From the NCBI GenBank assembly GCA_945897475.1, contig CAMDFL010000003.1, positions 1-62,568 on the forward strand: DNA of 62,568 nt, in the 5' to 3' direction. Position 1 is the first letter of the stretch, and each line of letters begins with the position of its first letter. A program made the translations under genes and the position numbers. The DNA comes from Bordetella parapertussis (GTDB lineage Bacteria; Pseudomonadota; Gammaproteobacteria; Burkholderiales; SG8-39). Shown here in pieces: positions 48,305 to 57,450 of this stretch. The notes under the pieces are model-generated. The model saw only the letters and a program-made list of their open reading frames with translations, was not told where the DNA came from and did no database searches.

Positions 48305-49195
48305 ATGGAAAAGATACTGACGCACGTCAAAATGGCCCCCAAAGGCATGGGCCTGAACGATTTCGTCGCGCAGAAGGAAGGGTATTTCGAGGCGGAAGGG
48401 TTGGACATCGAATTCGACTGGAAAACCTTCAAGGGCACCCAATCGAGCTGGAAGAATTTCAAGTATTTCGAGCGCCCGCAGGACAAGCCTTATGCCGATG
48501 GCGAGCAGGTGATTCAATGCGCCTGTCTGTGGGGCACGATCAGCAATGCGAGCGCCGGGATGGGACGCGTGGTGCCGGATTGTTACGGCGTGTCGCCCTG
48601 GGCGATTTTCGTGCGGCCGGATTCGAAGATTCACCAGCCCGAGGATCTGAAAGACGTGCCCATCGGTGTGGGCATGCGCGCCGGCAGCCATTTCAACGTG
48701 CCCTATCGCCTCGAAGCCTATATGCCTCTGGAGAACATCAAGACCGTCAACATCGGCGGCTTCAGCGCGCGCCTCAAGGCCTTGCTCGAGGGCGAGGTCG
48801 AAGCCGCGAGCCTGCTGCCGCCGCAGATCGACATGGCCGAACAGCTTGGCCTTCGCAAGATCATCGAGAACACTTTCCCGACACTCTGGTGGGTGCCGGG
48901 AAATTCCCCCACCGACGCGGTGCGCGGTTACCTTCGAGCGCTGGATCGCGCCGAGCGCGCACTGGAAGCTGATCTCGGCAAATACCTCGACCTGTGGGAG
49001 ATCTGCATTCCACAAGAATTTGCCGAGCGGAAATGGGATCTGAAAAAATTCACTCGCGGCGAAAAGTTTGTCTACAAACCCCTGCCGAAAGAACAATTCG
49101 ACGAGGTATTCAATCAAGTCAAGCGCTGGGGCCTGGACCAGTTCACAAAGGAACATTCTTACGACAAGCTCACCTTATCCGTGGGCACAGCTTAG
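48305..49195 (+). CDS. NMT1/THI5-like (periplasmic-binding-protein fold) cytoplasmic protein
   Basis: 296-aa ORF with coding-like composition and no signal peptide. SBP-fold-like pattern. Family assignment is tentative. Confidence 0.55.
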   Translation: MEKILTHVKMAPKGMGLNDFVAQKEGYFEAEGLDIEFDWKTFKGTQSSWKNFKYFERPQDKPYADGEQVIQCACLWGTISNASAGMGRVVPDCYGVSPWAIFVRPDSKIHQPEDLKDVPIGVGMRAGSHFNVPYRLEAYMPLENIKTVNIGGFSARLKALLEGEVEAASLLPPQIDMAEQLGLRKIIENTFPTLWWVPGNSPTDAVRGYLRALDRAERALEADLGKYLDLWEICIPQEFAERKWDLKKFTRGEKFVYKPLPKEQFDEVFNQVKRWGLDQFTKEHSYDKLTLSVGTA

Positions 49196-49205
49196 GAGCA
49201 ATACC

Positions 49206-49976
49206 ATGAATCAACCGCTCGATCAAAAAAACGTCCGCCCCGCACACATCAGCGCCGAAGAATGGGACACGCGGATTACGCTGGCCGCCTGTTACCGCTT
49301 GGTGCACCACTACCGCTGGACCGACCTCATCTACACCCACATCTCGGCGCGCGTTCCCGGCAAGGAAGAACATTTCCTCATCAACCCGCTGGGCTGGATG
49401 TACGACGAGATCTGCGCATCCAACCTCGTCAAGATCGACCTCGATGGCAAGAATGTTGATTGCACCACCACGCGGGTAAATCAGGCGGGCTTTGTGATCC
49501 ACAGCGCGGTGCACAGCGCCCGCCCGGACGTGCAATGCGTGATCCACACCCACACCGCCGCCGGTATCGCGGTATCCATGATGAAATGCGGCCTGCTGCC
49601 CTTATCGCAGCATGCGCAGTTCTTCTACGGCGCGGTGGCCTATCACGGCTACGAAGGCATAGCCCTGGATACCGACGAACGTCAGCGCCTGATCGCCGAT
49701 CTTGGCGACAAGCCGGTGATGATTCTGCACAACCACGGTTTGCTGGTCACGGGCGAAACCATCCCACTAGCGTTCAGCAATCTGCACACCCTGGAGCGCG
49801 CCTGCGCGGCCCAGGTGCTTGCGATGAACAGCAAACAGGAACTGGTGTTCCCGCCCGAAGAAGTAAGCATCAAGACGCGCAAGCAGGCCTCCGGCGCCGC
49901 GAGTTCGCTGCAGCTCGCCGAATGGCCGGCTTTGTTGCGGCTGGTGGATCGCATCGACCCATCCTACAAAAACTAA
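49206..49976 (+). CDS. class II aldolase / adducin-domain protein
   Basis: Uses the internal start MNQPLDQ of ORF 49068..49976 with AGGAG upstream. IHSAVH and VIHTHT His motifs. Confidence 0.85.
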   Translation: MNQPLDQKNVRPAHISAEEWDTRITLAACYRLVHHYRWTDLIYTHISARVPGKEEHFLINPLGWMYDEICASNLVKIDLDGKNVDCTTTRVNQAGFVIHSAVHSARPDVQCVIHTHTAAGIAVSMMKCGLLPLSQHAQFFYGAVAYHGYEGIALDTDERQRLIADLGDKPVMILHNHGLLVTGETIPLAFSNLHTLERACAAQVLAMNSKQELVFPPEEVSIKTRKQASGAASSLQLAEWPALLRLVDRIDPSYKN

Positions 49977-49977
49977 C

Positions 49978-50943
49978 ATGTCGCGCTCAACGCCTGGTTT
50001 GAAAATTGCCGCAATCGCGTTGGCCGCCAGCGGCGCCGCGTTTGCGCAATCCGGCTATCCCGATAAACCGGTGCGCTTGGTAATAGGTTTCGCCGCCGGC
50101 GGCCCCACCGATCTGCCCGGCCGCTTCATCGCGGATAAGCTTGGCGCCGCGCTGGGACAGCGCGTGGTGGTGGAGAACAAGCCGGGCGCCGGTGGCCAGA
50201 TCGCGACGCTTGATGTGCTGTCGCGCCCGCGCGATGGCTACACAATTCTGCTTTGCACCCACTTCGAATCGATCAACGCTGCAATCTACAAAAAGATCGC
50301 ATACAAACTCGCCGATGTCGCGCCTATCAGCCAGATATCTCGCTATTACTATGGCATCGCGATGTCGAACGAGGTGCCCGCGCGCGATTGGGACGCCTTC
50401 GTTCCCTATGCAAAGGCCAATCCCGGAAAGCTCAATTACGGCATGGTGGGGCGCGGCTCGGCCCAGGAAATCATGGCGCTCGAAATGGGCAAGATGAGCG
50501 GCATCAATACCACCGGCATTCCTTACAAGAACGGCACCGATATCCTCAATGACCTGATTTCCGGGCGCATTCATTTGTACGTCGCGCCGACGCTCGCGGT
50601 CATGTCGCAGTACAAGGGAGGGAAGCTCAAAATTCTCGCCATCTCCAGCAACGAACGGCTCGCGGTGGCGCCCGAGATCCCGACCCTGGCCGAGAAAGGT
50701 CTGCCCTTTGTGCGTTTCGGTTGGCTGGGCGTGTGCGCCGGCTCGGGCACACCGCCCGCCATCATCGCGTTATTAAACCGCCAGGTCGCGACAACGGTGA
50801 AATCACTTGAGTATCGGGAGATGATCGAAAAGGCAGGCTCGATTCCGATATCAACGACGCCGGAGGAGCTGGGCAAGATATTGACCGAAACCTACGAGCA
50901 GACGATCGCGATCACCAGGGAATTCGGATTGCAACTGGATTGA
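49978..50943 (+). CDS. Bug-family (TctC-like) substrate-binding protein
   Basis: Signal peptide followed by AQSGYPDKPVRLVIGFAAGGPTD motif. Confidence 0.9.
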   Translation: MSRSTPGLKIAAIALAASGAAFAQSGYPDKPVRLVIGFAAGGPTDLPGRFIADKLGAALGQRVVVENKPGAGGQIATLDVLSRPRDGYTILLCTHFESINAAIYKKIAYKLADVAPISQISRYYYGIAMSNEVPARDWDAFVPYAKANPGKLNYGMVGRGSAQEIMALEMGKMSGINTTGIPYKNGTDILNDLISGRIHLYVAPTLAVMSQYKGGKLKILAISSNERLAVAPEIPTLAEKGLPFVRFGWLGVCAGSGTPPAIIALLNRQVATTVKSLEYREMIEKAGSIPISTTPEELGKILTETYEQTIAITREFGLQLD

Positions 50944-51020
50944 TCGGCGCCGATTGAATCGAGCCACATTGTCCGGAAAAAAGCGCGGCGTCCGCCGCGC
51001 AGCCGGTTTTTGATCCCCGT

Positions 51021-51125
51021 TCAGTTCTTGATCACCGCCTTGATAATCGGCCCCCATTTGGCCAGGTCGTTTTTCACCATCGCGCCCAGAGCCTCAATTG
51101 TCATCGCGGCAAGGCCAACCAGGAA
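51021..51125 (-). pseudogene. C-terminal remnant of a Bug-family gene
   Basis: The tail of ORF 51021..51236, TIEALGAMVKNDLAKWGPIIKAVIKN*, matches the usual Bug C-terminus (compare DRWGKVIRDNKITLE at 15401). No upstream body is present. Confidence 0.45.
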
Positions 51126-51379
51126 AATTCTTGTCATCGGTATCTCCCCATGGCCAATAAAAAACCGGCTCATACGCGTTGGAGCATTTGACCGCGCCTG
51201 CCAGGCACTCACCGCTGGAGATCGATAAAACCGCACCTCTCATAGCCTCCTCCCTATTTCTCGCAAGCTTTGCTCGATCGAAAAATTGATTCTGCGCCTC
51301 AATGAGAGCATCCCCCATGCCTTAAGTAGCAAGGGCTTACAATTTCCCCAATACCTCATGTTCACTCGCGGGATTCAAG

Positions 51380-52831
51380 ATGACGCAAAACAATTTTCGA
51401 GTCGTGGTGGCCGGGGCGGGCATCGGTGGCCTGCTCATGGCCGAGAAGCTGAAACGCGCCGGTATCGATTTCACGGTCTACGAAAAAGCCGATGAAGTCG
51501 GCGGGACGTGGCGTGACAACACCTATCCTGGCCTGTTCGTCGACCTGCCCTCACGGCAGTATGAGTTTTCGTTTCGACCGAATTATGATTGGACGCGCAA
51601 GTTCGCCACCGGCCCGGAGATCCAGACCTATATCAAGCGCGTGGCGCGCGAGCGCGGTCTGCGCGAACACATCCGCTTCGGCGCCGAAATTGTGGAGGCA
51701 AGGTTCGAGAATTCGCGCTGGCACCTGCGCACTGCCCGCGGCGACACCGATGTCGCGGACGCATTCATTTGCGCGACCGGATTCCTGCATACGCCAATCA
51801 CGCCCGACATTGAAGGACGCGACAGTTTTGCCGGGCCTTCGTTTCATTCGGCGCGCTGGGATCATGGCGTGCCAATCGCTGGAAAACGCTGGGGAATCAT
51901 CGGCGGCGGCGCCAGCGGCGTGCAGATCACCGAAGCTCTCGCCTTTAGCGATTGCGAGGTGACGCAGTTTATCCGCCGCGCGCACTGGATTCAGATTCGC
52001 GACAATCCACGTTCTACCTGGCTTGATCGCTTGAAGGTACGACTGCCCTTCGCCTACCGGAGGATCCAGAAAAAACTCTGGGATGACTACAGCGTGTACG
52101 ACTCCTGGCGCTTGAAGCCGGGTGAGCGGCGCGAGGCGATGGAACGCGAATTTCGCGGTTTTCTTGACGTCATCAAGGATGATGAACTTCGCCGCAAACT
52201 CACGCCAACCTACCACCTGGGCTGCACCCGCATCCCCAAATCGGACAACTACTACCAGGCGGTACAGCGGCCTAACGTGCATATCGAAACCAAGCGCATC
52301 GAAAAAATCGTACCCAGCGGCGTTCAGCTCTCCGATGGCACACTCAAAGAATTAGATGTTCTGGTGTTTGCCACAGGGTTCGATGCGCACGGCTATATGC
52401 GCCCGATGCAGGTGATCGGACGCAATGGCGTCACCATTGACCAGGTCTGGCGCGAGCGGATTTTTTCCTATCGCGGCGTCGCGCTTCCGGAGTTTCCCAA
52501 TCTATTCATGCTCTATGGACCGTTCAGCCCACTCAACAATGTGGCGGTGCCCCTGGGAATGGAGCAGGAAATCGATTACATCCTGCGTCTGCTCGCCATG
52601 GCGCGCAAACGCAATGCGGTGGTCATGCCCACCGCTACCGCGACCGAGCGGTTTGTACAGCGCATGCACGCGGCCTTGCCGGGAACCGTCTGGGTCGGTT
52701 GCAGAAACTGGTATTCAGACCAGCAGGACACGCCTATCCTTTGGCCATTGCCGCAGGATGACCACACCTCGCTCCTGTCTGACATCGCCATCGAGGACAT
52801 GCAATTCATTCCCATCGAGGATGCTGACTGA
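51380..52831 (+). CDS. flavin-containing / Baeyer-Villiger-type monooxygenase
   Basis: FAD motif VVVAGAGIGG, GGTWRDNTYPG, the BVMO/FMO fingerprint FAGPSFHSARWD, and a second Rossmann motif IIGGGASG. Confidence 0.88.
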   Translation: MTQNNFRVVVAGAGIGGLLMAEKLKRAGIDFTVYEKADEVGGTWRDNTYPGLFVDLPSRQYEFSFRPNYDWTRKFATGPEIQTYIKRVARERGLREHIRFGAEIVEARFENSRWHLRTARGDTDVADAFICATGFLHTPITPDIEGRDSFAGPSFHSARWDHGVPIAGKRWGIIGGGASGVQITEALAFSDCEVTQFIRRAHWIQIRDNPRSTWLDRLKVRLPFAYRRIQKKLWDDYSVYDSWRLKPGERREAMEREFRGFLDVIKDDELRRKLTPTYHLGCTRIPKSDNYYQAVQRPNVHIETKRIEKIVPSGVQLSDGTLKELDVLVFATGFDAHGYMRPMQVIGRNGVTIDQVWRERIFSYRGVALPEFPNLFMLYGPFSPLNNVAVPLGMEQEIDYILRLLAMARKRNAVVMPTATATERFVQRMHAALPGTVWVGCRNWYSDQQDTPILWPLPQDDHTSLLSDIAIEDMQFIPIEDAD

Positions 52832-52910
52832 GCATGATGTCGCCTGAGCATGGTTGACTAAGTTAATGGACTAAGTCAGAATAATCATCGTCATTGCTAG
52901 GGGTGATTCC

Positions 52911-53138
52911 ATGCTGGTCAACGTACACGATGCGAAAACACAATTTTCCAAACTGCTGGAGCGAGCGCACGCAGGCCAGGAAATCATTCTGGCCAAAGCG
53001 GGAAAGCCCTACGCACGCATGATGCCGCTCGCCCCTGCTGCGCCTAAACGCCAGCGCGGGCGGGTGAAGGCCATTATCGACGACGCCTTTTTTGAGCCGC
53101 TGCCCGAGGCGGAGCTCAAAGCCTGGGCAGGGCGTTGA
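52911..53138 (+). CDS. Phd/YefM-family antitoxin
   Basis: MLVNVHDAKTQFSKLLERA N-terminus. 75 aa. The stop overlaps the vapC start (TTGA). Confidence 0.85.
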   Translation: MLVNVHDAKTQFSKLLERAHAGQEIILAKAGKPYARMMPLAPAAPKRQRGRVKAIIDDAFFEPLPEAELKAWAGR

Positions 53139-53521
53139 AGCTTCTGCTGGACACGCACGCACTGCTGTGGTGGTGGAAAGACGATGAACGCCTCTCGAAA
53201 CGCGCCGCAAATGCCATCGCCGATGAGAACAATACCGTGCTCGTCAGCGCGGCGAGCGCCTGGGAAATCGCGACCAAACATCGCATAGGCAAGCTGCCTG
53301 GGGCCGAAAGTGCGATCCGTGAATTTAATGAACTCATCCTCGCCGATGGCTTTAACCACCTCGCCGTCTCATACCACCATGCCCTTATGGCGGGTGGATT
53401 CGACATCAAGCATCGCGACCCCTTCGACCGGATGCTGGCGGCGCAAACCCTTATCGAGGCAGCGACACTGGTTACCAGCGACGCCACAATGAAATTGTTT
53501 CGCGTCAAGTGTTTCTGGTAG
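53135..53521 (+). CDS. vapC: PIN-domain toxin VapC
   Basis: MKLLLDTHALLWW, SAASAWEI and LVTSDA PIN acidic-residue pattern. TTG start. Confidence 0.88.
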   Translation: MKLLLDTHALLWWWKDDERLSKRAANAIADENNTVLVSAASAWEIATKHRIGKLPGAESAIREFNELILADGFNHLAVSYHHALMAGGFDIKHRDPFDRMLAAQTLIEAATLVTSDATMKLFRVKCFW

Positions 53522-53689
53522 AGGGCGAGCACGGCTGCTAAGCATTGATCCAAATCGCACGTGGGAACGCGCCACTTCCACACACGCCAACCCGCTCTTG
53601 CCCGAGCACGCCAAGAATCACCCCAAGGTGTAGATTGCAAGCCAGTGCCCCCCACAACTCCGCCCCACAACTTATTACGGAGAAATGCG

Positions 53690-54316
53690 ATGCTGGATCT
53701 CTACACCTGGAACACCCCCAACGGCCAGAAAGGCCGCATCGCCGTCGAGGAATCGGGGCTCGCCTACAACCTGCACCCCGTCAATCTTCAGGCTGCAGCA
53801 AACGTCACCGAGGACTACCGCGCGATCAGCGCCAGCCGGCGCATACCGACATTGGGCGATAGCGACGGTCCGGGCGACAAGCCTGTCACCTTGATCGAGT
53901 CCGGGGTGATCCTGGTCTACCTTGCAAAAAAAACCGGCAATGGCATGTATCCAAATGATCCCGCCGAGCAACTGGAGGTAGACCAATGGTCCATGCACGG
54001 GCAAGCCACGTTCGGGCCCGGCCTCACGCCGCTGGGTCATCTGGAACATCGCATCCCCGGCGACAACGCCGGGGCCAAGGCTTTCTTTCGCGGCCGCGCC
54101 GAGCGGCTCTACCAGACATTGAATCTGCGTCTCGCGGGCCGCCCCTATATCGCGCTGGATCGTTACACCGTCGCCGATGTGGCGCACTTCACCTGGGTCA
54201 ACCGTCACGCCGATCAGAAGATCGATCTTGCCCCATTTCCCAATGTGAAACGCTGGTACGAAACGGTCCTCGCACGTCCGGCGGTGCAACGCGGGCTCGC
54301 AGTAGTGGACGCCTGA
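53690..54316 (+). CDS. glutathione S-transferase family protein (YfcG/Nu-class-like)
   Basis: Uses the internal start MLDLYTWNTPNGQK of ORF 53561..54316 with GGAG upstream. ESGVILVYLAKK motif. Confidence 0.82.
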   Translation: MLDLYTWNTPNGQKGRIAVEESGLAYNLHPVNLQAAANVTEDYRAISASRRIPTLGDSDGPGDKPVTLIESGVILVYLAKKTGNGMYPNDPAEQLEVDQWSMHGQATFGPGLTPLGHLEHRIPGDNAGAKAFFRGRAERLYQTLNLRLAGRPYIALDRYTVADVAHFTWVNRHADQKIDLAPFPNVKRWYETVLARPAVQRGLAVVDA

Positions 54317-54392
54317 TAGCCGGGACTGAGCGTACTCTTGCCTTTGCGGTGTACTCTCATTTTGTCTTTTCCAATATCAATCACTCAAGTCG

Positions 54393-55112
54393 ATGGGAGA
54401 AATCATGGCATTGATCTCGACACGCAGGTATTGCGCCATCCTTGCTGCGACATCTGCAATATTCTGGCTCGCACCCCAAGCCGCGCTTGCCCAGGCGCTT
54501 GCCCATGACTACCCGAATCGAGATATCCATTTCATCTGCGCATTTCCCGCAGGCAGCGGCGCCGATGTGCTGGTGCGGCATTTCGCCGAAAAGCTCCGCC
54601 CCATCATCAACCGCGCCGTGATCGTGGAGAACCGCGCTGGCGCTGACGGCAATATCGCCACCGAATACGTGGCGCGCGCAAAACCGGACGGCTACACCAT
54701 CTATGTGCATGGCGCCAGCGGCCTCGCGGCAAACATGCATCTGTTCAAAAAACCGCCAGTGGATGTGGCCAAAGCAATCCAGGTCGCCGGCACCATCAAC
54801 GTTCAGCCCTTCATGTTGAATGTCAGCGCCAAGAGCCCCTACCAGAACGTCGGCGAGATCTACAAAGCGCTCACTGGCATTCAGGCGATCGAGGTGAGTT
54901 ACCGCACCGGCGCCGATTCCTTAAACGAACTCTCCAGCGGCAAGCTCGACTACGCCATGCTCGATGCTGATTAAATCGATCCAGGACTGGGGCACATACG
55001 TGAAGATGGCAAAGATTGTGCCGCAGTAATGCAGCCTATCTCTGTCTGGCGAAGGTGTACTCGTAATTTTCCCGATCTGCACGGCAATGAGCTCGAAATC
55101 CGTGCGTACTGA
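54393..55112 (+). pseudogene. decayed Bug-family gene (internal deletion, premature stop, frameshifted tail)
   Basis: ORF 54393..54974 has a normal Bug N-half (ENRAGADG, DGYT). It lacks the ~35-aa PGK..YGS.G.GS segment and stops at 54974. The Bug-like sequence continues in the +2 frame (LGHIREDGK..AAV....FPDL) to 55112. Confidence 0.6.
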
Positions 55113-55161
55113 GCTTGCCGAAGGCAAGATGCTCTATGGAGAAAGCTTACGCCGACCCCAT

Positions 55162-57207
55162 TTATTCGGCCTCCTCAGCCGGTTTGTGGGCGGCGCTAAG
55201 GCGGTGCTGCAACTGTGCCGGGGTCGGCTCGTAATGGCTGAAATCCAGCGTATAGGCGCCTTCGCCCGAGGTCAGCGATTTCAGCCGTGCCGCAAAGTTC
55301 TCCAATTCAGACAAAGGCACCTGCGCCGAGATGCGGCTCACGCCGGGGCGTATCAGGTCAGTGCCGCGCAGGTGTGCACGGCGCGCAGTGAGGTCTCCGC
55401 TGACATCGCCGATGCGCGCCTCAGGAACCATTACTTCGATACTCACTACGGGCTCGAGGATCATCGGGCGCGCCTTCGAGAGCGCGTCGATGAACGCCTT
55501 GCGGCCCGCCGAGACAAACGCGATTTCCTTGGAATCAACCGGGTGGTGTTTGCCATCGAAGACTGCGACGCGCAGATCCTGGATCGGATAGCCGGCGAAG
55601 TAGCCCGATTCGAGCACGACGCGCACGCCCTTCTCCACCGCAGATATGAACACCGATGGAATCGCACCGCCCTTGACCTCGTCGACGAATTCGAATCCGC
55701 CGCCGCGCGGCAGCGGCTCGACGCGGAGAGACACTTCGCCGAACTGGCCAGCGCCACCCGACTGTTTTTTGTGGCGCGCATGGCCCTGTGCCTTTGCCGC
55801 AATGGTCTCGCGAAACGGGATGCTCGGCGGGCGCGTGTCGACCTCCAGCTTGTGCTGCGTGGCCATGCGATCGAGCAGCGTCTTCAGATGCAGCTCGCCC
55901 AGGCCGCGGATGACGGTTTCGTTCGCCTGCGGGTCGCGCTCGACGCGAAAGCACGGATCCTCGGCAAGGAAGCGGCGCAGCACGTCCGATAGTTTCTGCT
56001 CATCGCCGCGTTTTTTGGGAAGCAGCGTCAGCCCGAATACCGACGCCGGCAAATCCAGCGGCTGTGCATGGATATGGGCATCGTCCGCGGCGTCATGCAA
56101 CACCTGATGGAAGCGCAGTTCCTCGACCTTACTCACCGCGCAGATGTCCCCAGGCAGCGCCTCATCGAGCGCGAATTGTTGCTTACCGCGCAACAACCAC
56201 AGGTGCCCGGGCTTGAAGGGCTTGCGGCCGTCGCCGGCATACAGTTGCATATTGGGCGTCACACGCCCCTGATGAACGCGGAATACGCCGACGCGACCGA
56301 TGAATGGGTCGATCTCCACCTTGAACACATGCGCCAGCACGTGCCGTCCCGGATCGGGAACTGCATCGAGTGTGGCGCTCACTGCGCCCGCGGTACTCAC
56401 ATAGTGCGGCGGATTGCCTTCTGTCGGGTTGGGCAGCAGGCGCACGATAATCCGCAAAAGTTCGGCCACACCCGCGCCAGTCGAAGCCGAGGTGAACACC
56501 ACTGGGATGAGATGGCCCTCGCGGAGCGCACGCTCGAAGGGCTGGTGCAGTTGCTCAGGCGCAATCTCCCCTTGTTCCAGGTACAGCGCCATTAACTTCT
56601 CATCCATCTCCACCACTTGATCGACCAATTCCCGGTGCGCCTGTTCCACCGAGGAGAAATCCGACTCGCCGCCGGGGGAGAAAAAACAGTCCGCGACACG
56701 CGTCGCCCCGCCCGCTGGCAGATTAATCGGCAGGCATTCGCGACCAAATACCTCGCGAATACGCTCGAGCAGTGCGGGGAGATCGACATGTTCGGCATCG
56801 ATGCGATTGACCACGATGATCCGGTCAAGGCCCATTTGTTCGGCCCATCGCATCATCCGATGCGTCATCAACTCAATGCCGTTCTGCGCGTTGATGACAA
56901 TCGCCGCAGTCTCGACCGCGCTCAACGCAGGCAGCGCATGGCCGACAAAATCGGGATAGCCGGGCGTATCCAAGAGATGTATCCGGGTATCCTCGGCCTC
57001 GAATGTCGCCACTGCAAGTTTGATCGAATGGCGCAATTGATGTTCAAGGGGCAGGTAATCGCACACGGTGGTGCCTTGCTCGACACTGCCCGCTGCCGGA
57101 ATCGCCCCGGCGGCCGCGAGCAAGGCCTCGGCCAGGCTGGTCTTGCCGCTTCCCGCCTGCCCCACCAGCGCGAGAGTACGGATGTTTCTGATGGAAACTT
57201 TTCTCAT
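55162..57207 (-). CDS. divergent elongation factor G paralogue (EF-G-like GTPase)
   Basis: 681 aa with full five-domain length. G1 is GQAGSGKTS, G3 is DTPGYPDF (His replaced by Tyr) and G4 is NRID (instead of NKxD). Confidence 0.85.
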   Translation of the reverse strand: MRKVSIRNIRTLALVGQAGSGKTSLAEALLAAAGAIPAAGSVEQGTTVCDYLPLEHQLRHSIKLAVATFEAEDTRIHLLDTPGYPDFVGHALPALSAVETAAIVINAQNGIELMTHRMMRWAEQMGLDRIIVVNRIDAEHVDLPALLERIREVFGRECLPINLPAGGATRVADCFFSPGGESDFSSVEQAHRELVDQVVEMDEKLMALYLEQGEIAPEQLHQPFERALREGHLIPVVFTSASTGAGVAELLRIIVRLLPNPTEGNPPHYVSTAGAVSATLDAVPDPGRHVLAHVFKVEIDPFIGRVGVFRVHQGRVTPNMQLYAGDGRKPFKPGHLWLLRGKQQFALDEALPGDICAVSKVEELRFHQVLHDAADDAHIHAQPLDLPASVFGLTLLPKKRGDEQKLSDVLRRFLAEDPCFRVERDPQANETVIRGLGELHLKTLLDRMATQHKLEVDTRPPSIPFRETIAAKAQGHARHKKQSGGAGQFGEVSLRVEPLPRGGGFEFVDEVKGGAIPSVFISAVEKGVRVVLESGYFAGYPIQDLRVAVFDGKHHPVDSKEIAFVSAGRKAFIDALSKARPMILEPVVSIEVMVPEARIGDVSGDLTARRAHLRGTDLIRPGVSRISAQVPLSELENFAARLKSLTSGEGAYTLDFSHYEPTPAQLQHRLSAAHKPAEEAE

Positions 57208-57450
57208 CGATGCACTCCCCTGACGATGTCCAATCTGGGCGCCGGTGCGTTCAATTTAGGCCATGCCGTCCACGAGTGCAATCTCCCATTGCAAATAAAG
57301 AGGCGCCAAAGATGCGGGCGGGAGCATTCAGCCGCAATTGGCCCGTGCCTGTAAGATCTTGTGTCAGACGAATTCGAGCCGAGTACCCTCGTGCCTCCTT
57401 GCCTTCAGCACGTGGCCATTGTCGTGAACCCTCACCAACGGAGTTCTTAA

